Source: an uncultured bacterium (GTDB taxonomy: Bacteria > Auribacterota > JACPWU01). From it: DNA of 32,000 bases. Below the pieces are notes generated by a model that made no database searches, had not been told where the DNA came from, and worked only from the letters and a program-made list of their open reading frames with translations. Shown here piece after piece: positions 6,592 to 18,500 of this stretch; position 1 is the first letter of the stretch; the number at the start of each line of letters is the position of its first letter. The position numbers were made by a program, and so were the translations under genes. The DNA is taken from the NCBI GenBank assembly GCA_964640155.1, contig CAZXEQ010000002.1, positions 210,001 through 242,000 on the forward strand. Reading direction: 5' to 3'.

Positions 6592-9500
6592 GGCCTCTGT
6601 AACATTTCTCATGGCAACAGGTTGCATTGGGGGTAAGGGTTTGGAATCATCATAATCTGAAAGTGTTTTAGCAATCTCTGCAAGTTCATTTGCTTTAAAT
6701 AAGCCTGATTTTTCCAATTCTTGATTCAGTTGAGCCGCTGTCACTGGAGATTCATTGATTAAATTAATAACTGCAAAAAGTTGAGTCAGCACAGCCCCAC
6801 GCTCTGCTTGAACATAAGGAACACGTGCTGCTTTCAAGGCTTCACCTTTACCCCAAACCCCATCAAAATTATCCTTACAAAGGATAAATCTAAAAGAAGT
6901 AGCTGGTAATTCTTGAGCCCCAGGAATACGAGTTCTCAGTTGAGCAAGAACGTCTGTTGTCACATCTTGTCCTTTTGCCGTAGATGGAACAATAAGAGCA
7001 ACTGATTCTAACTCTTGATCTGTTAAACCCTCTGCTTTTAAAAGGCTTCTAGCGATTTTTTCACCTTCCGTTGCAATAACAGGAAGTTTCTTACCTCTCG
7101 CACGATAAGCTTGTACAATTGTTCTTAAACCAACACTTGAAAGTTTACCCGTACCGGTATCTCTCATCATCGCCATATCGATGACTGTGACTATATCCTT
7201 ATCAAAAACAGATTTCGACAAATCTGATGTCGGATTACTCATTTCTTTTGCAAAGGGATCTCGAGCTAAAACAGCTCTGCGTGTAGCTTCAAAATGGGCT
7301 TCCGTTCGATACTCTGACACTTTGCTTTCTGCGAGAGCGTTCAAGAAACCAGGAAGCTGGGTCACAAGATCGTTTAATCTCTCTAAAGCTTCTATTCTGC
7401 GTTCCTCGTCACGAATTCCTGGAATTAAATCTGCTAATTCTTTAGAAATTCCTTCTGTCTTTTTTGTGATCACTCCAGCCGAAACTAACATGGCAAAAAC
7501 GACCTCTGGAGCATCACTAATCCAAGCTTGCATCTCTGAAACGCTCAACTCTGATAAACCTTCTGCTGGAAGGTTGGCTAATTTTTCTTTCAAATTATTT
7601 TGAGCAAAAATGGTGTCGAATAAACCATTTCTAAAAATAAGTTCTTGCTCTGAACGTTGATCCACTCCAGATGCTTGAGTCAGAAGTCTTGTCAATAAAC
7701 GCTGCATTTTTGCTTTGCGAGCTTTTGCTGAAAGACGATAATGAGGAGTTGGAGCATCTGATCTTTCATCTGCCTTCATCCCTTCTAACATATTGCCAAC
7801 TGTACGATAACGCTGCAAACCTTCTTCTTCTTTTACATAGATTTTTTCAGAAGGATTACGGCTATACGGTTCAGAAAAATTTCCTCCTCTAATCCTTATA
7901 ATCGTTGCATTAACTTTTTCCCCAACCAGATAGGCAGCATAAGCACGGTTATGACCAAAACGCATAAAATAGCGTTTACGTCCTTGATCATCCGTTAATT
8001 CATACACAACCACAGGAGTTCTTTGATTCACAGGTTTATCAAATTCCCTTCTCAGCTCTTCCAACCGATAAACAACCACATCACTAAAGATAGAACCTTG
8101 CGTTGGAATAATTTCTGATGGGGCAATGACACGATTTTCCATCGTAATTTCTGAATCCCTGAAAACAGTTCCTCCTAATCCAACACCTGGAGTCTTAAGA
8201 TAAGTAATAATGCCAGGGGGGCGTGACTCTCTAAATTCCGTTCTTCCACCCACTGGCTCAATTCTCCCTCCCACAATTAATCTAGCCCAAGCTTTAAAGA
8301 AATCAAGCCGAGCAACTCTTTGAGGTTCAGGCCTAGATTCTAATTTAGAGACTAGATCATGAATAGTTTCTTCAGGATTTTCTTCAACCATCTTTATTAC
8401 AATTTGTTCTAGAATATGATTTTGAACAGAATCTTCGAAAGTGACTACTTTTTCTCTAGCATCTTTACCTAAGAACTCCTGAACCATCTCATAATGCTGA
8501 GATTTTCTATCATTGTGTTCTTTATAAAGAGCTATTAATTGATCTAGAGTTCTATTTTCAGCAGAAATTTGTTCTAAGAGGAATAGGACTTCGACAACAT
8601 TTGTCCATCTTTTTGCTTTAATATTTTCTTGAATTTGCATTGCCCAGGCAAGAATGTGAATGACACGCGATAGTGTAAACCCTGGATACTTTCCAGAAGC
8701 AAGTACCTCTGCTATCCTAACCTTGTATTCTTTTTCAATATAAATTTCAAACTGTTCATGCTGAAGAGCTGTATTAAAATCAGAGAGTCCTTTTTGAACA
8801 AGAATATAAGTCGTTTGTCCATCTCGAGATTTAAGATGATAGGCTCCTCCAATATTGCGCGAGGCAAAAAGTTGGGCTGCTACATCATTCGCTTCAAACT
8901 CAACGAGTTGATAAGAAATATTCCCCGCTGTATCTGGTGTTGTCCCAGTCGTTTTAGCTTCGGGAGGTAATTTATCTATATAGCTTCTTAAGCCATTCTC
9001 TTCTGCTTCTGTTAAAATGTTTTCAGTATCAGTAGTTGATACATCTACCACACTAACCATTTTACGAGCTCCACCTGATTTTTGACGGGCCTTAAAAGCA
9101 ATAAAGTTTGAGTCTCTTTGTAGGCGGGCTTGTGCAGCTAAAACGTCGTCAAGACTTGGGTTATCTCCTTTCGCTACATATTGTTTAGCTTTAACTATTA
9201 ATGCATCTCGCTCCCATGCTTTCATGGTAATCCATTCTAGTCTAAACACGCTATTAGAGGCTTCTATCCCAAATCTTTCGGTATTTAAGACAGAGAACAG
9301 ATACTCCAGACCCTGCTCAAGTAATGCAAATTCTTTATCTGCCATCACCTGTGATTGTCTTAATCTAGCTTCTCTATCAGCATCTGCCATCACCTCTAAT
9401 TTTCTTAATTCAGCTTCTATATCAGCTAAAGCTTGCTGTCTTGAAAAGAGAGGCTTTTCTGTCCATTTTAAGTCACTGGTCACAACCAGCTCTATCACAG

Positions 9501-12500
9501 CTCCTGTTTCCATCTTAACGGCCTTATAACGCCTTGTTCCATTTGCATCTACTGCTTCGATCTGACCAAAAATTGCATAGCCTTGTTTTACAGCCTCTGG
9601 ATATATTTTCTCAAGCGCTGCTATTTCTGCTTTATCAATATTTTTTGCAGAGGCAAATGCTCTTTCCTGAATTCTCGCAAGTTGGGCTTTTTGATTATCC
9701 TCTATACTTGTTTTCAATAATGCACTCACCTTGGAGCTTAATCCTATTTTTGGCTTTGTCCCTTCTTTATAATGTCGAGCTAATCTTTCTCCAAGAATTC
9801 CTTGTACAGCTTGGTTAAATTCTTGAACTTGGGGAGCTTCATTTGGAAAGAAACGAACAACCCATTTGTCTTGTTCACTTCTATCTGCTGTTAATTCATC
9901 TAATGCATCTTCAAATGAAAGATCTTTAAATTTACTTTGAATGAATTCTTCCAATGCCGGCAATTTCTGTGCGATGGTTTGAACATACTGGGTGCGAAGG
10001 CCGCCTGTATCAAGAACAGGAGTAAATAATTCTGAATTCTGTGCCATTCGAATGTCATTAGCCCAGGCCAAAACATGGAAGATTCTTTCAGCTGTATAGC
10101 CTTTGGGCAATCTTTTCTGAGCTTCCATTTCTCGGATTTCTTTTCCCCATTTGGTTTCTGCAAATATTTCTGAGAGTTCATGCTGTTTATAGAGGGCTCG
10201 ATTACTTGCATTTCGTGATACAAACACATAATGTGTTCCATCAGGCAATGGCAAATGAAATCCATTCGTGAGTTTAAGCTCTTTTGCTAAGTTCCCAATC
10301 GATGGTTTGTTCTTATCCTTAGGCGCAGGATCATTTTCATCAAAATAAATTAATTGATAGCGAATATTGATACCTTCAATTGCACAAGCCTCTTGAATTT
10401 TCTCTACCCCTTCTGCTTGAGCAACTGCCATCAATTGCTGAATTTGTTTATCTGTTAAACTTCTTGCTGTACTATGATTTGGCCCTGGGTCTTTCAAAGC
10501 ACCGACTGCATTTCTTACTACAGTTTCAGGTAAGGATAACTCCTTATACAGTCTCTCAGTAATTCCCATACATGATTTAGCAAAACGTTTTTCATTTTCT
10601 TCTCTTCGTTGAGCCCCCGGACCTACATCTGTGAGAATCCATCTTCCTGAATCGTCCAAGATCTTCCTAAGCATAACTGGCTCTGCATCCTCAGCATTTA
10701 AATACTTACCAGGTGGAGATTGATAACGTGTATTTTTCCATGAAGCTACCTCTAAAAGAACATTCAATGGTTTTCCACTTTCACCAAAAATTTCTTTAAT
10801 TCTTTTTTCTCTATCGCTCCTTAAAGAACTAGATTTTGTAGAAGAACCTAGATCTTCTTTGCGTTTCCCATACAAAGCCCAGTAAAGAAGATCCTCGGTA
10901 ATATTATCCATCTCGTTAGCAAATTTCTGATGCCCTCCTTGAAGATGGTAATTACCAGGTTGGCCTGAAAAATTTCTAATAGTAATTTTTCCATCATTAT
11001 CGATGGCAATATCTCTTAATGGATCAAAATCTTTACTAAAAGTCCGGTCGGGATTTTCATCTATTTCTTTTAATACATTATAAAGAAAACTCGCAACGCC
11101 TTTTAATCTTGCTCCTTTATCATCAGGAAGCGAATTCCACCAGTCTGCAAATACAACTTCTTTCCTGATAGTCACTTTTGGAGGCGTCCTTACAATTACT
11201 GGCATACCAACCAAAGGTTTCACTTCTTGAGGTTGAACAGGTAAAGGTTCTATGTATTTTTCAAAAAGAGGCTTTTCTGTCCATGTTAAGTCACTTGTGA
11301 TAACCAACTCTATAACGGCACCTGTTTCAAGTTTAATCGCTTCATAGCGTCGTGTACCATTTGCATCAGGCTTTTCGATCTGACCAAAAATTGCATAGCC
11401 TTGTTTCACAGCTTGTGGATATATTCTCTCTAATGAAGTGATTTCTGATTTATTAATAGCTTTTGCAGATGCAAACGCTTTTTCTTGAATTTTTGCTAGC
11501 TGAGCTTTTTGATTATCTTCTTTAGTTTGCTTTCGTAAACTCCATCCTACTTGTGTTCCTTCTCTATAATGTTGAGCTAATCTTTCTCCAATCACTCCTT
11601 GTATGCTTTGATTAAATTCTTGAACTTGGACAACCTCATTTAGGAAGAAACGAGTAACCCATTGGTCTTGTTCACTTCTATCGGCTGTCAGTTCATCCAA
11701 GGCATCTTCAAATGAAAGATCTTTAAATTTACTTCGAATGAAAACTTCTAAATCAGCTAATTTTTGAGCTTTTGTTTCAACATGCCCAGCTCTAAAGCCA
11801 GATGTGTTAAGAACGGGCGTAAAAAGTTCTGAATTCTGTGCCATTCGAATGTCATTAGCCCAGGCTAAAATATGGAAGATTCTTTCGGCATTATAGCCTT
11901 TGGGTAATTTTTTCTGAGTTTCCATTTCTCGGATTTCTTTTCCCCATTTGGTTTCTGCAAATATTTCTGAGAGTTCATGCTGTTTATAGAGGGCTCGATT
12001 ACTTGCATTTCGTGATACAAACACATAATGTGTTCCATCAGGCAATGGCAAATGAAATGCATTCGTGAGTTTAAGCTCTTTCGCTAAGTTTCCAATCGAT
12101 GGCTTGTTCTTATCCTTAGGAGCAGGATCATTTTCATCAAAATAAATTAACTGATAGCGAATATTGATACCTTCTATCGCACAAGCCTCTTGAGTTTTTT
12201 CTATTCCCTCTGCTTGAGCTGCTGCCATTAATTGCTGAATTTGTTTATCTTTTAAAGTTCTAGCAGTGCTGTGATTTGGCCCCGGATCTTTTAAAGCTCC
12301 CACAGAAGCTCTATCTATTACTGATGATTGTTTAGTAGAAAAATTTATTCTTTCAAAAATAGATTTCCAAACATCTCCTAACCGTAACCATCCAAGAACC
12401 GAAACTGCAACAGCTCCCAAAATTTTTATAAAAATAGGCACCCAGTTAACACCCATAGCTGCTCCAACAGCAGGCGCAGCACCCACTAATGCAGGTAAAC

Positions 12501-15500
12501 TTGGGATAGCCGCAATAATTAAAACAACAGATAAGAAAGGCAAGAATCGAGAAAGTAGTCCCCAAACTGTCGGGAATTTGGATGCAAAAACACTAAGGAC
12601 AGGTTGTTTTGGTCCTTGGTGAGGAATAAAAATACTCATGACACCCACCACAGCTGCACGAGCCGTGGTTGCCGTTTCATTGGCTTGAAGTCCTTGGGAA
12701 AGTTCCCCTCTTAAATTCACAATAGCGTCGTCTAAATTAGAAACATTTGTTTGAACAGAAGAAAGATCTCTCAAGACATCAGCCCATAATCCTAATTCTA
12801 TAAAGGTTTTCCCAGCGGTCGTTTCATTCAACCTTAATATTTCTCTTAAAAGATCTAACGAAGTTTTTGTCCCTGCCAAGACATCCACATCTTGTGCATT
12901 ACTTCGAAGCATTTCTGAATATCCCCTTAACGCTTCTAAAGTCAATGTAGCTGCTTGGCGACGAGCATTTGCCTGAAAACGTGGAGGTAGGTTTTCTGCT
13001 CTACTCATCAATTCCCGTGCCTGAATTAAAGAATTTTCAATATTTCTTATTTTTCTTTCTCTTTGTACACTTACCAAAACCTCGTTCATTCCAGAAATCG
13101 ATCTGATTCTTGCTCCGTAAGCTTCTATAACTACATTTGCATTTTTTCTTTGCTCAGACCCAAGTTGATCTAATCTAGCTGCAAGACGTTCTCGAACGTC
13201 TAAATAATGATTCATTATTTCTCTTTTTTGAACTTCATCCAATGTCTCTTGAGCCAAAAGATACTCGACATGTAAAAGATCCACTAAATCTCTCATTGTC
13301 AAAAATCGATCTTTAGGACTATAGGATAAAGATATTTTGATAATTTCACGAAGTGTATTGGGAATGTTTGGATTTTCATTTTCTAAAGCTGAAACAAAGC
13401 GATGGGTAAAGATGGCTTGGACTTGCTTAAATTGCTTAGCATTTATAGTTCCATCTTCATTATGACAAGATGTTTTTAATTTTTCTATTTCTAGTGGAGT
13501 TAATCCTCCATCAATATTTAATTCAAAAGGAAAACCTATCGTGAAGAGTTCACAAATTTCAAGAGCAAAAGACCAAACATCACTAGGAAAACTAATCGTT
13601 TCTGTAGAACTTCCAAGGACTTGTTTGACTCTCTCAGGAGCTGCACATTCAAGTCTTCCAAAGAAATCTTTTTCCCCTTCCTTTTCAATTTGTTTAACAG
13701 GAGCGGCAGATCCAAAATCAATCACTTTCACGTTGATGGCATTAGAATCTGCTACTGTTCCCGAAACCATTACATTATCTGAGTTGATATCTCGATGAAG
13801 AAGTCCTGCTCCATGAACTTGAGCCAAACCATTCGCATATTGGCTGGCCACGTGAAGTCTGGTTCTTAATTTAAGCTGAGGAGATTCAGTTGATTCAGTA
13901 ACTGTGGTCGAAAATTTTCCTAATTTTAATGCCTGAGGAACATATTCTATCACTAAAAATGAGACGGATCCTGTCTCTGTACTTTTTTGGTGATCTTGTA
14001 ATATAGCAATATTGGGATGATGACCGATTTTTTCAAGAGCAGAAACTTCTAAATCAAAACTTTTTTCCGCATCGTCTGTATTAAAAGGAACTTTAATAAC
14101 TACAGTTTCTAAACGTTCGTTTAGTGCTAGATAAACTCCAGCCATTCCTCCTTCATCTAACCAACGATAAATTGTATAAGCTTCCTTTTCTCCTTGTATG
14201 ATGATATTACGTTTTGCTAATTCTTCAGGAGACAAGCCAACTCTTATATCTGAAAGAGATATAACATCTTTTCTTAAATCTAGGGGGGGCTGTGGTTTTA
14301 TTGCTTCGCGAGGAACGCGATTTAGTTCAGATTGAACTGCTTTTTCTAGGCTTTGTAATTGTTGCCAACGAATAATTAAGTGATCATGTACCTCTTTTGA
14401 AAGGTTAGGAATGGCTTTTAATTGGCCTAAAGAAACTTCAATTTTCTTGATGCTTTTAAGAAAACTATCTAAAACTCCCAAATACGCCCAATCTGGCAAT
14501 AAAGTGCTCATTCTTTCTCTGTCATGAATAAGAGCAAAAAATACATCCACTGCAGCTTCCAATTTCCCAAGAGCCCTTCTATCAGTAGGTTCTTCTTCTG
14601 TTAATTTAACAACTTCAGCCAAAACATCTAAATCTAAAGCATTTGAAATGGCCACAGGCAAGTTTTGAACACGATTTTCTAAATCTTTTAATTCTCCACT
14701 CAATATCTTTTGATGTGTGTTTCTAGCCCTAGAAATAGCTCTATCCAAATCTGCTAAGATATTTCCTCTGGCTTGCATCGATTTAGAATAATCACTAAAC
14801 CCTTTTAATTGCATCGCTCTGGCTTCATAGGCACTTAAGATAGCTCCCACAGTTGCCTTGCGATCTCCTAGGTTTACTGCGCGCGCATCTAAACGACCTG
14901 CAATTTCAAAATAAAGTTGGCCTAATTCTTTTAATTGAACTTGATTTGGATTTTCTTCTGCTAAAAGTTTTTCTAAACTTAAAAAATCTGAAATATCGCG
15001 CATAGTCAATACACGCTCTTTTGGTTCTTTAGAAAGAGAAATTTTAAGAACGGCCTGTAATGTTTTAGGAATATCCTCTACTCTTTCTTGTTCTAATGCA
15101 TCAACTAGATTCCCAGCTAATACATCTTGCATTCTTTGGACTTCTTCTTCAGAAAATTTTCTTCCAAAGGCTACTTCTATCTTTCTAATATCTTCACTCG
15201 TGATGACATTTTGATCGGAAGTTTTAAAAGGAGAACCCTTTCTAAACACCGTTTCGTAAATCATGATTGCAAAAGCAAACACATCACTTTCGAGCCCAAT
15301 ATCTTTTCTAAGTCCATTTTGATCTAAAGTGCGTATTAATTGAATCAAACTATCTATACGTTCTCTAGACATGTAACTAGGAGTTAACAAAGGTATTTTC
15401 TCTCCTTCATTCTGAAGCGTTGAAAGACGAATCGCTCCTCCCATATCAATTACTTTAGCTTTTTGCCCTATAAGGAGATTACCTGGTTTTAAATCGCGAT

Positions 15501-18500
15501 GAACCCAGTTATAATCATGTAAATCGGCTAAACCTTGTGCCCATTGACCCAAACCATCTAATCTTCGGTAAAGTTTTGTTCTCTTTTCTTCACCTGTTAC
15601 TTCTGACCCTTCTGCGATCGTCTGAGAAAATTGATGCATATCTTTAGGATTTTCGATATTTTCAAGGACTAAAAATGGGAAAGAGTCTACTTTACCGTAA
15701 TCTTTAAACCCTACGATGTTTTCATAAAATGCCGGATTATCATCCTCATATCCAAACGTAACAAAGGCATCTTCTTCTATTTGAAAACTTTGCAAGGCAG
15801 CACTACTAAGATTTAAAGGCATTTTAATAACAACTATTTCATCCTTGTCTGTGTAAGCCAAAAAGACACGACCTAATCCACCTTCTCCGAGAACGTTATA
15901 AATCGTATAAGTACCACGAGGACTTGAGAGAACAACATTTTGAGAAGCAAGACTTTCTTTCGTCAATTCTAAATCATCTAAATTTTTCACCTTTGATAAG
16001 TCTTCGCTTCGCAAATCTCTAACTTTTTTCGACGAGAATCTTATTTGTAATTGCAAGCGTTCTGACGATGGAGCAGATACAGTTTTCAGTTTTGCCATTA
16101 AGGAAAAACCATAGGCTTGAATAGCTTCTCGCGCCAATGTCACGTCAATGCCTGCATCTTCTCTTGTTTGAAGCTGGGCTTGAAAACGATTGACTACTTT
16201 CACAAAATCTTGAACGATGGCTTGAACTTGATTTTCATCCTGTACCGCACCCGCCAAAAATCTTTCTGCTCTTAGAAGTGCTGCCATATCTTGCATGCTT
16301 AATAAGCGATTGCGAGGATTTTTAGACAAACTAATCTTAAGAATTTTTTGTAACGTCCGAGGTATTAAGGCTTCGGGAATAGTTTCATTCTCTAAGTCCG
16401 GAACTAAACGGCCCTCAAGTATTGCCTTTACTTTGGCTACATACTCTCTTCTTAAATCTTCATTCACGCTAGAATATGCTTGCTCTATATTAGCTAAATC
16501 AACGGGTGCAATATCCCTTCCATCTACAAGCTGAAAAGGTAAATTTTTTCCAAAAATACCTTCGTAAACATTTAGAGCAAAAGAAAAAACATCACTTGAA
16601 AGGTCAATTTCTTCCCCTTGAGGCCGACCAGCCAGAATATCTAAATAATTTCTTATCCGTTCTGGTGATAGATAATTTAGAATGCCCATAAAATTATCTG
16701 ATGTTTCTCCTCTTTCATGTATTTCAGACATAGAGATGGCTGCGCCAGGATCAATAACTTTAACTATTTCTTGGCCAGATTCACCGCTAACCAATGCATT
16801 AGTAGGCTGACAATCTCGATAAAGGATATTTCTGCGATGAAATTCCATTAAACCATTTGCCCATTGGCTACTGACACTCAATCTTCTTTGTAACTTTATG
16901 GAATCGTCTTCCAAAGAATAAGTAACAGAATTTCCATAATCATCCAAATATTGGTAATCAGCAATGTGATCAATCACAAGAAAGGGGAATTGCCCGATTT
17001 GACCGCCAGCTCTAAAACCAACAATATTTTGATAAACATCTGGATTGTCAGGAAAAGAACCAAGTGCTTGAAAAGCCGTTAATTCAAAATTTAAAGCAAC
17101 GCGTCCAGGGCCAGTAGTATCTAAAGGCAACTTAACAACGACAGTTTCAAAACGTTCATTGTAGGCTAAAAAGACTCTACCTAATCCACCTTGTCCCAAA
17201 ACCTTATAAATTGTATAAACTTCTTGTGCCCCATGAAGAATGACATTTTGTTCTCTTAAACTTTCTTCACTCAAACCTAACTCTTCAAGTGTAGTAACCG
17301 TGGTCAAATCAATTGAGTTTAAATCTAGAACGTGTAGTTTTCCCATGGCATCTAAAGGAACACCTATAGGTAAATAAGCAATTTTTGCTTCCAATGACTT
17401 AACCCATATCGCTTGAGATTTTCTCAGATGAGCCACGAGTAAATTTCGATAAGTATTGAGTGTATGAATAGCGGAACTTAAATCGAGTCCCTTTTCTTGC
17501 CTTTCTTGAGCTAAAGTTAAAAAGTTTTTTAGGGTCTGTTCAAAAGATTCAATAACCGATCTGGCCTGATTTTCATTAAAAGAATCGTTAGCTAGAAATT
17601 CCTCAGCCGCCATAAAGGCCATCATATCTTGCATGCTAAAGAAGCGTTCTTGAGACTCACGCGTCAAAGCAATTTTCAAGACTTGCTGAAGTCTTTTTGA
17701 AATTCCTGCCTTCGTACCTAGTTCTGAAGGAACGTCATCCCGTAAACTCTGACGGAAATTTCCCCTAAGTAAACCTTCTCTTCGAAGAGCTTGCCCTTCA
17801 TTTAATCTTTGTTGAATTTCTTGTAACTCTTCATGTATGGGACGAATTTCGTCTTCTAAAGCATTTCGAGTTTTTAAATCAGACATAGTCTTTGATAAGA
17901 CTCTCTTACGTGCCATATCTATATCTCGAGAAGCAAGTAAAACATCCAATCTTTCCGCTTGTTCACCAAAGGGATATCCCTCCCTTAAAATAAGTTGATG
18001 CACGATCAAAGCATAAGCAGAAACATCACTGGATAAATTAGTAGGTTCAAAAGCTTTATAAATTCTTTTTGTTAACTCTTTTTGATTTGGGACTGGATCT
18101 GAAGCTTCTAACAGAGGCTGACCAAGCAAAACATTCAACTGGTTTGCAATATCTTTTAATTCTGGTTCAGAAAGAGTCTTAGAAGAAGAAACCCTATTAG
18201 TTAACAAAGCAAGATTCTGTCCTAGATATCTTTCGCGAGACATCCAATTAGGCGTCCCCACATACACAAGTTCAATCCCCTTAGATTTTTGGAGTTGTGC
18301 TTCAGAAATAATGGCGCCCAAATCTATTAATTTAACTACAGGCACTCCATTCACTTCAATAATGAGAATATTCTCTGGTTTTAAATCTCTATAAATCCAT
18401 CCCTGGACATGAAGTTGGTTTAGCGCTGCAGCTAATTGACGAGCAATGGAAAAAGTTGTTTTGGGATCAGGATTTTTCTGTTGAATATATTCTTTTAAGT

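Noticed and set aside
5864-6655. Plus-strand ORFs 5864..6124 (86 aa) and 6293..6655 (120 aa).
   Set aside because: They lie antisense to the clearly recognisable hicA and hicB genes and to the giant gene terminus. No family motifs are present, and the TA genes on the minus strand explain the region.
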